From Rhodospirillales bacterium (GTDB lineage: Bacteria > Pseudomonadota > Alphaproteobacteria > Rhodospirillales > UBA2165), in the NCBI GenBank assembly GCA_030745835.1, contig JASLNU010000010.1:4289-68288 (forward strand): a stretch of DNA of 64,000 nucleotides. The letters are read 5' to 3'. The notes below the pieces were generated by a model. The model saw only the letters and a list, made by a program, of their open reading frames with translations, was not told where the DNA came from and did not search any database. The stretch's first letter is position 1, and the number at the start of each line of letters is the position of its first letter. Positions 28,714 to 38,075 of this stretch are shown piece by piece. The translations under genes and the position numbers were made by a program.

Positions 28714-29982
28714 TCAGGTGTCTTCCAGGACAATATCGAGTCCATCGACCGCTTCGGCGAAAGAGCCCAATTGGTGGTCCTGGACGCCCAAGAAGATTGG
28801 ATCGCTGTTGCCGCGATAGATGTTGATCTTGGCGTTATAGGCGTTGCGGGTCAGCCCGTGCTTATCGGTAACCAGGTATTTTTTTACCGTGTAGCTGTCG
28901 TCGCTGGCGCGCTCGCCGGTCAGGTAGCATTTGATCGCCTCGACCGGCTCTCCGGACAGCACCAGTCCCTTGAGGCTGGAAAGCGTCTCCTGGGTGCGTT
29001 CGATGAAATCGACGGTATCGACCCGGCTCGAGGTTCCGCTATCGGCGCCCGGCATCGGCACATCGAAATCGCCGACCACCACTTGCCCGGGCACGGTCCG
29101 TTCGATCAGGCGGGCAAGTTCGATGGTCACGTCGCCGACGATATAGCTGTAGATGGTCGGGTTGAGGCCCTCGGACTGGTAAAATTCGTAATGTCCGCCG
29201 ACATGGAATGCGGCGCGCAGGAGCGGCGTGACATTGCCGCTGGATTTGCCGCGGGCGATGGCGTTGTCGGCGAGCACCAAATGCATGAAGTGGTAAAGAT
29301 TAATATTGGCCTGGATCGAACGGTCACGGTTCCAGATGTAGAAGCCGTCGCCGGTGGTGGTGCGCGCGAAGCTGATATCGATCTTTTTCGACAGCATCTT
29401 GGAATGGGCAGCGTTCACCGAATAGGACAGGCTGTTGAGTTGGGTAACCTGCTCCAACGGTGAAATCAGCGAGAAGCCGACAATGTCAAAGAGGGCGACG
29501 GCGCGATCCCCGACAAAGGTGATGCCGTACCGTTTGACGATTTCACTGATATCTTCGGCGAAGTTTTCGCAATCGGCATCCAGTTGCACCGGCGTCGGCG
29601 GGAATCCCAAGGTCTGGCAACGCTTGTGCAACATCTCATGGGTCAATTGTTTATCGCCGCCGAGGATGTCTTGAACCAAACCCTGCCGTTCGCTGGCCGT
29701 GTCGCCGCCGCGCTCCCGTGCCGGGTCCAATCCGCCGGCGATCACATAATGGGGCACCACCAGCAATTCGATGCCGCTCTCGCCGGGGCACCAGCCCAGC
29801 ACCAGGTTGCGCCCCAGGTTCCAAATATCGTGCAGCGCCGATTCCAGGGCGGCCAGGAAAATCGGGTGCGAGGCATCTGTTTCGGTTTCGGTTACCGAAA
29901 TTTCCGTCGGTTCGGACGCTTTGCCCAATCGTCTGATCGGTCCGGGCACGTGGTCACCCTGTCGATAAACTGGATCGTACAC
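28714..29982 (-). CDS. Class III nucleotidyl cyclase-like domain protein with unrecognised N- and C-terminal regions
   Basis: Cyclase-like blocks AVALFDIVGFS, TTTGDGFYIW, AAFHVGGHYEF and VGDVTIELARLI. The ORF-track N-terminus (to 30120) is the antisense of tRNA-Leu. Candidate real starts are GTG 29982 or GTG 29949 (the latter preceded by AGGGTG). Confidence 0.7.
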   Translation of the reverse strand: MYDPVYRQGDHVPGPIRRLGKASEPTEISVTETETDASHPIFLAALESALHDIWNLGRNLVLGWCPGESGIELLVVPHYVIAGGLDPARERGGDTASERQGLVQDILGGDKQLTHEMLHKRCQTLGFPPTPVQLDADCENFAEDISEIVKRYGITFVGDRAVALFDIVGFSLISPLEQVTQLNSLSYSVNAAHSKMLSKKIDISFARTTTGDGFYIWNRDRSIQANINLYHFMHLVLADNAIARGKSSGNVTPLLRAAFHVGGHYEFYQSEGLNPTIYSYIVGDVTIELARLIERTVPGQVVVGDFDVPMPGADSGTSSRVDTVDFIERTQETLSSLKGLVLSGEPVEAIKCYLTGERASDDSYTVKKYLVTDKHGLTRNAYNAKINIYRGNSDPIFLGVQDHQLGSFAEAVDGLDIVLEDT

Positions 29983-30039
29983 CCGAGAGGATGGCGTTTC
30001 CTTCGGCAAATATCCAGGAAAATACGACCTGGCTCCGGA

Positions 30040-30126
30040 TGGTGCGGGCGGAGAGACTCGAACTCTCACTCTGTCACCAGAACGGGATTTTGAATCCCGC
30101 GCGTCTACCAGTTCCGCCACGCCCGC
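30040..30126 (-). tRNA. tRNA-Leu (anticodon CAA)
   Basis: The reverse complement folds as a cloverleaf: acceptor GCGGGCG/CGCCCGC, anticodon stem CGGGA/TCCCG with loop TTCAAAA, long variable arm, T-arm GAGAG-TTCGAGT-CTCTC, and encoded ACCA. Confidence 0.92.
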
Positions 30127-30323
30127 GTGCGCGCACCATCTCGCGGGCCGGGATCATAGCGTCGCGCGCCGCCGGGTCAACCGTCTGCACCACCAATTTT
30201 TCCACCCGGGGAACCGTTTGCGGGGCCAATTGCCAAGCCATGACGAACCGGTTAACAAGGCTGCACGGCGCCGGCTGGCGCGCGCTTGAAAACAAGTCGG
30301 ATACAAGGGAAGCGGGACCGGGA

Positions 30324-30905
30324 ATGTTGCGCCGCCTCTACGATTGGACCCTCGATCTTTCCCGGCACCCGCACGCGCTTTGGGCGCTGGCCATCGTTTC
30401 CTTCGTCGAAAGTTCGGTGTTTCCGATCCCGCCCGACATCATGCTTATTCCGATGGTATTGGCGGCGCGCGACCGGGCCTGGCTGATCGCCGCGGTGTGT
30501 ACGGCGGCGTCGGTTGCCGGCGGCCTCCTCGGCTATCTGATCGGCGCCTTCCTGTTCGATCAGGTCGGCCAGCCGGTGCTTGAGTTCTATAGCTATGCCC
30601 CCCGCTTCGAAGAATTCCGCGCCGCCTACAATGAATGGGGCGCCTGGGCCGTGTTTACCGCTGGCATCACCCCGTTCCCCTATAAGGTGATTACCATTTT
30701 GAGCGGTGTTACCGGGCTCGATCCGCTGGTCTTCACGCTGTCCTCGATCCTGGCGCGCGGCGTCCGCTTTTTCCTGGTGGCGGCGCTTTTATGGAAATTC
30801 GGCGCGCCCATCCGCGGCTTCATCGAAGCCCGCCTCGGATTGCTGTTCACAATATTCATTATCCTTCTGTTCGGCGGTTTTCTTGCCGCCAAATTATTCC
30901 TATAA
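30324..30905 (+). CDS. YqaA-like DedA-superfamily membrane protein
   Basis: Start at ATG 30324 (MLRRLYDW...). Contains ESSVFPIPPD and TPFPYKV blocks. The ORF-track extension to 29991 crosses the tRNA gene. Confidence 0.8.
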   Translation: MLRRLYDWTLDLSRHPHALWALAIVSFVESSVFPIPPDIMLIPMVLAARDRAWLIAAVCTAASVAGGLLGYLIGAFLFDQVGQPVLEFYSYAPRFEEFRAAYNEWGAWAVFTAGITPFPYKVITILSGVTGLDPLVFTLSSILARGVRFFLVAALLWKFGAPIRGFIEARLGLLFTIFIILLFGGFLAAKLFL

Positions 30906-30911
30906 ATTTGT

Positions 30912-31418
30912 ATGCTTGAAATCGGCATAAAACGATTGACGCCGCCGATATTGCTGGCCGGTTTGTTGGCCGCCGGCGCCGGGCCGCTGATTATCGCCCT
31001 CGGCGCGCAGTATCTGGGCGGGCTGGAGCCCTGCATCCTCTGCCAGTATCAGCGCATTCCCTATTGGACGGTGATCGGCCTGGCGGCGGCCGGGCTGTTG
31101 GTCGAAAGCGCCGACCGGCGCGGGATTTTTCTACTTGCGGCGGCGGTTTTCGCAGCCGGCGCGGCGCTTGCCTTCTATCATGTCGGGGTCGAACAGCATT
31201 GGTGGGCTTCGGCCGCCAACTGCGGCGCCGGCGCGCCGCTGCCGGGCAGTTTCGAAGCCTTCCGGGCGACGCCCTTGAAACCGTTGACCAAAGCCTGCGA
31301 TGAAGTGGATTGGACCCTGTTCGGGCTGTCGATGACGGTCTACAATACCGCCGTCTCGCTTTTCCTGGCGGCGGCCAGCATCTTTGCGGCAAGCCGCATG
31401 AAGACAAATGCAAGTTGA
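30912..31418 (+). CDS. dsbB: Disulfide bond formation protein B family
   Basis: 168 aa, 4 TM, first redox pair in EPCILCQYQRIPYW. Confidence 0.8.
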   Translation: MLEIGIKRLTPPILLAGLLAAGAGPLIIALGAQYLGGLEPCILCQYQRIPYWTVIGLAAAGLLVESADRRGIFLLAAAVFAAGAALAFYHVGVEQHWWASAANCGAGAPLPGSFEAFRATPLKPLTKACDEVDWTLFGLSMTVYNTAVSLFLAAASIFAASRMKTNAS

Positions 31419-31425
31419 GGTATCT

Positions 31426-31983
31426 GTGAAAAACACCCTCGCCCGTCTCGGCCCGCTGCCGGGCGATCCGTCGGCGGCCGAATTGACCGAGCGCATGATT
31501 CGCGTCGATCAGGCCGGCGAATATGGCGCCAAGCGGATTTACGCCGGGCAACTTGCGGTGCTCGGCGATGGCAAGGATGGCCCCATGTTGCGCGAGATGG
31601 CGGAAACCGAGGAACGGCACCTGGCGAGATTCAATGAAATGATTGCCCAGCGTCAGATCAGGCCAACGGCGCTACAGCCGGTCTGGCATCTGGCCGGCTT
31701 CGCCCTCGGCGCCGGCAGCGCGCTGATCGGGCGCGAAGCGGCGATGGCCTGCACCGTCGCCGTCGAGGAAGTGATCGAAGAGCATTACTGGGGCCAATCG
31801 GAAATTCTGGGCGACCAAGAGGCCGAGTTGAAAACCGTGATCGAAGAGTTTCGCGCCGACGAGATTGCCCATAAGCAAAGTGCCATCGAAGCCGGGGCCG
31901 AGAAAGCGCCCGCCTATCCGCTCTTGTCGGCGGCGGTCAAAACCGGCTCGCGCCTGGCCATTTGGCTGTCCGAGCGGATCTAG
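31426..31983 (+). CDS. coq7: Demethoxyubiquinone hydroxylase (Coq7 family di-iron protein)
   Basis: Blocks RVDQAGEYGAKRIY, ETEERHL and EEVIEEHY. GTG 31426 is preceded by GAGG; the ORF track begins at ATG 31408. Confidence 0.85.
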   Translation: MKNTLARLGPLPGDPSAAELTERMIRVDQAGEYGAKRIYAGQLAVLGDGKDGPMLREMAETEERHLARFNEMIAQRQIRPTALQPVWHLAGFALGAGSALIGREAAMACTVAVEEVIEEHYWGQSEILGDQEAELKTVIEEFRADEIAHKQSAIEAGAEKAPAYPLLSAAVKTGSRLAIWLSERI

Positions 31984-32307
31984 TGGCCTGTATCATCTAT
32001 TTTGCACCCCTACGACGGCGTTGCGAGGTTTCCGGCGAGGAGCGCGCCGCGCCGTGGTGCCGATCCACCACAAGTGGTGCGCGACGATGTCCGGGAGCCT
32101 TGCAACGCCGCCCTCTGGGTCGTTTTTCCCGTCCCCTCGGGGGTCGCGGGGGCGCCCCCCGCATTTGGAGTCGGGGGGACACCCCCCGGTGGCCCCCGGG
32201 GGTGTCGGAAGGGCTTGCCGATGGGCCCGCATCGCCGGCGCCCCTCCTCCTACCGGGGAAACGGGAAAAACGATCGTAGGGGTACATTATAGATGATAAA
32301 GGCCACT
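31982..32307. repeat. Structured palindromic intergenic element, copy B (largest, with an extra G/C-rich insert)
   Basis: Outer inverted repeat 31982-32015 / 32274-32307 (34 bp, 4 mismatches). Hairpin stems 32016-32035 / 32091-32110 and 32120-32136 / 32255-32273. Cores are homologous to copies A and C. Confidence 0.8.
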
Positions 32308-33192
32308 CGCTTGGGCGCCATCCCCGCCTCGCGGTTTTCGCCGATCGTCATTGCATCACTTTGGATGACGGCGACATTGCTGTCCTTTGCCGCCATGGCC
32401 ATCGCCGGGCGCGAACTGTCGGACACCATGAGCACCTTCGAGATTCTATTTTTCCGCGCTCTGGTGGCGACGCTGATCGTGCTTGCGCTGATTCCCCGGC
32501 AAGGCATTGCCGCTCTTAGGACCCGGCATATTTCGTTACATTTCCTGCGCAATACAATTCATTTTGGCGCCCAGTACGGATGGTTCCTGGGCATTTCGCT
32601 ACTGCCCCTGGCGACCGTTTTTTCACTGGAATTCACGACCCCGATCTGGGGCGCCCTTTTGGCTGTCTTATTCCTCGGCGAAAAGTTGAACCGGGGCCGC
32701 GTTATCGCCATCGTTTTTGGTTTCGGCGGCGTCCTGATCATCCTGCGTCCCGGCGGCGAAGCCATCGACATCGCATCGCTGGCGGTCCTCGGCGCGGCGT
32801 TCGGTTACGCGGTTTCCTATATCACCACCAAGAAACTGTCGGCATTCGATACGCCCTTCGCCGTCATTTTTTACATGAATTTGATTCAATTGCCCCTTGG
32901 GCTGGTGCCGGCCCTGTCCGGCTGGGTGGCGCCCACGGTGGCCGACATTCCCTGGATTCTGTTGGTCGGCGTTACCGGGCTGGCCGCGCATTATTCGATG
33001 ACGCGGGCCTTCAGGCTGGCCGACGCCACATTGATTCTGCCCATCGATTTCCTGCGGTTGCCGTTGATTGCGGTGGTCGGCTTCTTTTTCTACGCGGAAG
33101 CCGTCGACCTGGCGCTGTTCGCCGGCGCCATAATTATCTTCGGCGGTAATTATTATAATATCCAATTGGAGGCGCGGCGCGCCGGCGACTGA
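32293..33192 (+). CDS. DMT family transporter (EamA-like)
   Basis: 299 aa, about 10 TM. ATG 32293 lies inside the right arm of repeat copy B; an alternative start is ATG 32365. Confidence 0.8.
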   Translation: MIKATRLGAIPASRFSPIVIASLWMTATLLSFAAMAIAGRELSDTMSTFEILFFRALVATLIVLALIPRQGIAALRTRHISLHFLRNTIHFGAQYGWFLGISLLPLATVFSLEFTTPIWGALLAVLFLGEKLNRGRVIAIVFGFGGVLIILRPGGEAIDIASLAVLGAAFGYAVSYITTKKLSAFDTPFAVIFYMNLIQLPLGLVPALSGWVAPTVADIPWILLVGVTGLAAHYSMTRAFRLADATLILPIDFLRLPLIAVVGFFFYAEAVDLALFAGAIIIFGGNYYNIQLEARRAGD

Positions 33193-33224
33193 TACCGATG
33201 CCGGCACCGATGCCGGAAAAGGCG

Positions 33225-33707
33225 CTAAAGTTGGGCGAGCATGGCCTCGGCGCTTGAGATTTCGAAGGCGCCCGGCTCCTCGATATTCAATGTTTTGACG
33301 ACGCCGTTCTCGACCAGCATGGAGAAGCGCTGGCAGCGGGTTCCCAATCCCGGACCCGAGGCATCGAAATCCAAGCCCAGCGCCCTGGCGAACTCGGCGT
33401 TGCCGTCGGCCACCATCATCACCTTGCCGCCGACATTCTGATCGGCGCCCCAGGCAGCCATGACAAAAGCGTCGTTGACCGCGACGCAGATTATGCTATC
33501 GACGCCCTTGGCGCTGATGGCGCCGGCGTTCTGGACGTAACCGGGCAGGTGCTTGGCGGAACAGGTCGGCGTAAATGCGCCGGGAAGGCCGAAAAGAACC
33601 ACCGTTTTACCGAGAAACAATTCTTCGGCGCCGACCTGCTGGATTCCGGCATCGTCCTGGTAGCGCAATGTGGCGCCGGGAATCCGGTCGCCGACGCTTA
33701 TGGTCAT
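33225..33707 (-). CDS. Peroxiredoxin (Prx5-like)
   Basis: 160 aa with the peroxidatic Cys block PGAFTPTCS. Confidence 0.9.
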   Translation of the reverse strand: MTISVGDRIPGATLRYQDDAGIQQVGAEELFLGKTVVLFGLPGAFTPTCSAKHLPGYVQNAGAISAKGVDSIICVAVNDAFVMAAWGADQNVGGKVMMVADGNAEFARALGLDFDASGPGLGTRCQRFSMLVENGVVKTLNIEEPGAFEISSAEAMLAQL

Positions 33708-33765
33708 CGTATGAATTTCCTTGGTTTAAGCTAGTTGTATGGGCACCATGGTCCCGCGGCGCAAC

Positions 33766-33810
33766 TTTATAGGCGGTCAGACAGCCTGTAGCAAATTGGA
33801 ATTGTTCCAA
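33766..33810 (-). promoter_or_regulatory. Putative sigma70-type promoter with adjacent palindromic operator upstream of the peroxiredoxin gene
   Basis: On the minus strand: TTGCTA (33794-33789), 17-nt spacer, TATAAA (33771-33766). Perfect palindrome TTGGAAttgTTCCAA at 33796-33810. Confidence 0.35.
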
Positions 33811-33866
33811 TCTTACAACAATTTTGTGGCTAATAGGCCAGCGGCCGAGCGGTAAAGGGTGGCGCC

Positions 33867-36074
33867 TTATTTCCGGGTGGTGGCCAGCGCGTTCGCCGAG
33901 GCCTTCGCCAGCCCGTCCAGGACAAAGCCCGCCGTCAATAGCTCGGGCAAAACCAGGCCGTTTTCCATGCCCGGCCCGTAAACGGCATTAAACGGAATGC
34001 CAAAACGCCCGAAGCTTTTCAGGTAAGCGGTGATCTTGGGGTCGGGGCGCGTCCAATCGCCCTGCATGGCGACCACTTTATCGCTGGAAAGAAGTTCGAA
34101 CACCTGGCCACGGTTGAGGACCGCGGCCTTGTTGACCTGGCAGGTGATGCACCATTCCGCCGTGATGTCGACGAACACGGTCTTGCCCTCGGCGACCAGG
34201 CGCGGGATGGCTTCGGGGTCGAAGGCCCGCCAATGGGCGGCGCTTTTAGATGCCGCCAATTGGGCATGGACCGGCGCATATTGATAGGGGGCCGCGAATG
34301 CGGCCAGGATAACGGCGATCAGGCCAACCGTTGCCAGCCGCCGCGACAAAGCCCGGCCACGCTCGCGTCCGACCAGAAGGGCGCCGATTACGACCATCAA
34401 AGCGCCGACGATCAGCGCCGCTTCCAGGCCAAGCTGTACCGCCAGTACCGACAACAGCCACACTGCCGTGGCGGCGAGCGCCAGACCCAGCACCTGTTTC
34501 ATGCGGATCATCCAGTTGCCCGGCTTGGGCAACCGTGACGCAAGGCCCGGCGCCAATGCGATCAAAATGAAGGGCAAGGCCATGCCCAGTCCGAGCGCCG
34601 CGAAAATCAGAAATATGTCAACCGTGCGTCCGGCCAGCGCGAAGCCGACGGCGGTGCCCAGGAATGGCGCCGAACATGGCGTCGCCAGCACGGTGGCAAA
34701 GGCGCCGGTGGCGAAGTTGCCGCCGAAGCTTTGGTGGTCGGCCTTGGTGCCGCCGCCGCCGGCCAGATCACCGACCAGCGATGGCAGGCGCAATTCGAAC
34801 AGGCCCCATAGGTTATAGGCGAACAATGTAACGATGACGGTCAGCCCGACGATAAACCAGGGATGCTGAAACTGGATGCCCCAACCGACGGCGGTGCCCG
34901 CCGCTTTGAGCCCGGCCAGCCCGGCGGCGATCACCATGAACGAAAAAACTATACCGAGCGAGGAGGCGGCAAAGCTTTTGCGGATGACCCTCTTTTCGGC
35001 GCCGCCATGAGCGGCGAAGCTGAGCACCTTGAGCGAGATTACCGGCAGCACGCAGGGCATGAGATTGAGGATAAGGCCGCCGATCACGGCCAGCGCCAGG
35101 ATCAGGGGCAGGGATATCGGCAGCTGCCCACCGCTGGGCGCGGCGGCGGGCCCCCTGCCCACGTTGAGTGCCCGTTCCGCCGAACGATTGCCGTCGATAA
35201 GAGTCAGGCGCAATTTCGCCTGTTCGATTGTGCTGTCCTCTTCCAAGGTTACCGGAACCTTGAGCGTCGCCTTTTTGCCGCCGTCCGAAAGCCGCACCTC
35301 GGGTGCCGCGAAGAAAGCCAGTTCCGGCCCCTCGATGAAGATGTCGGGCTTTTGGAACGGAACCTGGCTGCTCGCCAACACGCGCACGAAACCCTTGCGG
35401 ATGTCCTTGTCCACCTGGCGCACAGGGCCCGCTGTTTCGATGCGCTCGATGCTAAGGCCGTGTTTGGCGCCGTCGCCCGGAACCAGATTTGCGAATTTAT
35501 TGATCAACTGAAAATGCCGGGTTGGCTCGCCGGCGCCCGGCGCAAGATCCAGCGCCAGGTTGGTCTGATAGGGAATGCAGATATCGTCGCAGGTCAGGTA
35601 ATCGAGGGCGGCGCGCAATTTTAAGGGGCGCCCCGGTTGCTTCAGGCGCACCGATATGGGGAATACAACTTCCTTCTTGTATCCCATGGTCTGGAAACCC
35701 AGGACCTCGAAGCGGGACGGCGCCGGCCAGGCAAAGTCCACAGCCCCAAGATTCTCCGATTGCTTCCAATCCAGGCGCGGCGGGAATCCGGCATCCCCGG
35801 GATTCCGCCAATAGATTTTCCAGCCCTTCTTCAACTTGAAATGCAGGCCAAGACGGATGGTTTTTTCGGTTCCGGTTCCGCCCAGCGCCGAGATCAGGCG
35901 GATCGAGGTTTGTTCGGTCTTGATCCAGGGCGAGGCGGTGGCCTCGGGCGCCGCGGCCGAAGCCGGCGTTCCGGCCGCCCAGCCACCCAGCAATAGGCCG
36001 CCAAGCAACAGACCGCCAGCCAATAGACCGTTAGCGGTGGCCGGGAATCCTGGTCGGGAAGGTTTTTTGTTCAT
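33867..36074 (-). CDS. dsbD: Protein-disulfide reductase DsbD/ScsB family
   Basis: N-terminal periplasmic domain (YLTCDDICIP), TM core with CVLPV and TPCSAPF, and a C-terminal thioredoxin WCITCQ. Start placed at ATG 36074 (MNKKPSRPG). Confidence 0.85.
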   Translation of the reverse strand: MNKKPSRPGFPATANGLLAGGLLLGGLLLGGWAAGTPASAAAPEATASPWIKTEQTSIRLISALGGTGTEKTIRLGLHFKLKKGWKIYWRNPGDAGFPPRLDWKQSENLGAVDFAWPAPSRFEVLGFQTMGYKKEVVFPISVRLKQPGRPLKLRAALDYLTCDDICIPYQTNLALDLAPGAGEPTRHFQLINKFANLVPGDGAKHGLSIERIETAGPVRQVDKDIRKGFVRVLASSQVPFQKPDIFIEGPELAFFAAPEVRLSDGGKKATLKVPVTLEEDSTIEQAKLRLTLIDGNRSAERALNVGRGPAAAPSGGQLPISLPLILALAVIGGLILNLMPCVLPVISLKVLSFAAHGGAEKRVIRKSFAASSLGIVFSFMVIAAGLAGLKAAGTAVGWGIQFQHPWFIVGLTVIVTLFAYNLWGLFELRLPSLVGDLAGGGGTKADHQSFGGNFATGAFATVLATPCSAPFLGTAVGFALAGRTVDIFLIFAALGLGMALPFILIALAPGLASRLPKPGNWMIRMKQVLGLALAATAVWLLSVLAVQLGLEAALIVGALMVVIGALLVGRERGRALSRRLATVGLIAVILAAFAAPYQYAPVHAQLAASKSAAHWRAFDPEAIPRLVAEGKTVFVDITAEWCITCQVNKAAVLNRGQVFELLSSDKVVAMQGDWTRPDPKITAYLKSFGRFGIPFNAVYGPGMENGLVLPELLTAGFVLDGLAKASANALATTRK

Positions 36075-36320
36075 TCTTGACCCAGTATGCGCGCGTTTTA
36101 CACGATGATAAATGCCAATGGGCGGCGAAACTTCCATCCGCCACCTTTCCTTATATAGATTTGGGCTGGCTCATTGGAACCGATGTTCGGGCCGCCTCAC
36201 GTGAACTTTACCGTTTGTGCGGATGACCTATTGCACGGCGGTGGCGACGGCCCTTCCCAATGTTATGCGCCTGTGCCAAAATACCGGTGTCGTAGGCCGA
36301 ATTCTTGTTGCGAGGTTTCC

Positions 36321-36896
36321 ATGCCGATCGATCCTAAATCCGATCCTTATCTCGCCGGACAGCTGTTGATCGCCATGCCGGGCATGCGGGACGAACGTTT
36401 TGCCCACACCGTGATCTATATGTGCGCGCATACCGAAGAGGGCGCCATGGGATTGGTGCTCAATCAAGTTCTCGATTCATTATCTTTCAGCGAACTTCTG
36501 AGCCAGCTCGGAATCGAGGATGAAACCCCGGAAACCGAGATTCCGGTGCATTTTGGCGGGCCGGTGGAGGCCGGCCGTGGCTTCGTTTTGCACACCACCG
36601 ACTTCAAACAGGATGCGACCCTCGAGGTGGACGGCGAGATCGCCTTGACCGCCACCGTCGATATCCTGAAGGCCATGTCACGCGGCTATGGACCGAGGCG
36701 AAGTCTTCTTGCTCTCGGCTATGCGGGCTGGGGACCAGGCCAGCTGGATCAGGAAATCCGGGCCAACGGCTGGCTGCAGGCGCCGGCCGATTCGCAAATT
36801 ATTTTCGATTTGGAAATTGATACCAAATGGGACCGGTCGATCGGCAAGTTGGGCGTCGATCCGCGCATGCTGTCGGACGAAGCCGGGCACGCCTGA
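36321..36896 (+). CDS. YqgE/AlgH family protein (UPF0301)
   Basis: [36 protein letters not shown]. Start at ATG 36321. Confidence 0.85.
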   Translation: MPIDPKSDPYLAGQLLIAMPGMRDERFAHTVIYMCAHTEEGAMGLVLNQVLDSLSFSELLSQLGIEDETPETEIPVHFGGPVEAGRGFVLHTTDFKQDATLEVDGEIALTATVDILKAMSRGYGPRRSLLALGYAGWGPGQLDQEIRANGWLQAPADSQIIFDLEIDTKWDRSIGKLGVDPRMLSDEAGHA

Positions 36897-37031
36897 ATCT
36901 GCGCCGCTATCCTGATACCGAAACAGGCGCTTTCCGGTTTTGCCAAACGCGGTCTTCGGCTATAGTCTCAAACGAATACCGGTATTATCCGGGAATAATT
37001 TCTTAAACCAGGACTTGGGAGGGATATAATC

Positions 37032-38048
37032 ATGCAAAAATTATCGGCTGTTTTGATCGCCGTTGCGGCGGCAACCGCGGCTTTGTTCGTGTCGAAGGGC
37101 GTGACCGCGGAAACGATACTCAAGACGGGAACTTTCGCGGCAAGCAATACGTTCACGGTTCGGGACATGTACATCCCCTGGCTGCGACAGGTGGAAAAGG
37201 ACTCGGGCGGCGCCGTCAAGTTCAAGGAATTCTGGGGCGGCCAGCTTAGCCGCAGCCCGCGCAAGCAGTACGAACTAATGATGAACGGCATCCAGGATGT
37301 CACCAACATCCTGCCCAGCTATACCCACAAACTGTTTCCCGATTTCTCCTTCAACGCCCTTCCCTTCATTTTCAGGGATGGCGAGGAAGCCTCCTATGTG
37401 GGCTGGAAGATGTACAAGGCGGGCCATCTTCGGGGTCTGGACAAAGTCTATGTCGCGGCCATCTGGACCAACGATAACGGGGGCATGCATTTCTCCAAGA
37501 GGCTCGATAAGATCGAGCAGATCAAGGGCATCAAGATGCGCGCCGCCGGCCCCGCCGAGGCCGCCGCCATCAAGGTCATGGGCGGAGCCCCGGTGAGCAT
37601 GAGAATTACCCAGGTGGCCCAATCCCTGCACCGGGGCGTGATCCAGGGCACCTTCAACGGCTGGTCGGCGCTGCAAAGCTTCAAGATCACGCCGCTGATC
37701 GTCACCCATGTGGACATGCCCTTCGGCGTGCGCGGCTTCTTCTATGGCATCAATGGGAAGGTTTTCGACGGGCTTTCCGGCAAGATCAAGGCCGCCATCC
37801 GCAAGAACACGGGCATGCATGTGAGCCGCAAATTCGGCGGCATGAACGAAGCCCGGGGCGCCAGGTACCGCAAGGATGCCGCCAAGGATCCCAAGCGCAA
37901 TGTCATCCGGCCCTCGGCGGCTGATCAGGCGGGCTACCGCAAGAAGTTCCAGTTCCTCTATGACAAATGGGTCACGGATTGGCCCAACGGACAGGCCAAA
38001 CTGAACGCCGTGCTGAAGTTCCGGGCCGAATACCGCAAAGGCAGCTAG
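37032..38048 (+). CDS. TRAP transporter substrate-binding protein (DctP family)
   Basis: 338 aa with a signal peptide and RBS GGGAGGG. First gene of a P-Q-M operon. Confidence 0.85.
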   Translation: MQKLSAVLIAVAAATAALFVSKGVTAETILKTGTFAASNTFTVRDMYIPWLRQVEKDSGGAVKFKEFWGGQLSRSPRKQYELMMNGIQDVTNILPSYTHKLFPDFSFNALPFIFRDGEEASYVGWKMYKAGHLRGLDKVYVAAIWTNDNGGMHFSKRLDKIEQIKGIKMRAAGPAEAAAIKVMGGAPVSMRITQVAQSLHRGVIQGTFNGWSALQSFKITPLIVTHVDMPFGVRGFFYGINGKVFDGLSGKIKAAIRKNTGMHVSRKFGGMNEARGARYRKDAAKDPKRNVIRPSAADQAGYRKKFQFLYDKWVTDWPNGQAKLNAVLKFRAEYRKGS

Positions 38049-38075
38049 AGCCCGCCGCCCTCTGCGGACGCGAGT

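Noticed and set aside
28160-30040. Integrase or att direct repeat defining the tRNA-Leu islet
   Set aside because: No integrase/recombinase ORF is present, and I found no convincing copy of the tRNA 3' end near 28160-28200. The islet is therefore called only from GC shift and gene content.
29983-30120. N-terminal extension MAELVDARDSKSRSGDRVRVRVSPPAP... of the 468-aa ORF 28714..30120
   Set aside because: This peptide is the well-known artefactual translation of the antisense of a tRNA-Leu gene. The region is tRNA-Leu(CAA) at 30040-30126, so the CDS must start downstream of it.
29991-30323. N-terminal 111 codons of ORF 29991..30905
   Set aside because: The stretch runs across the tRNA-Leu gene on the opposite strand and is Arg/Ala-rich filler. 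The conserved YqaA/DedA sequence starts at ATG 30324.
31993-32292. Four 79-105-aa ORFs on both strands inside element copy B, with similar sets in copy A (27850-28089) and copy C (49008-49345)
   Set aside because: Open frames on both strands are expected for a GC-rich palindrome. The products are Arg/Pro/Gly-rich, have no RBS, and are not conserved between copies at the protein level.
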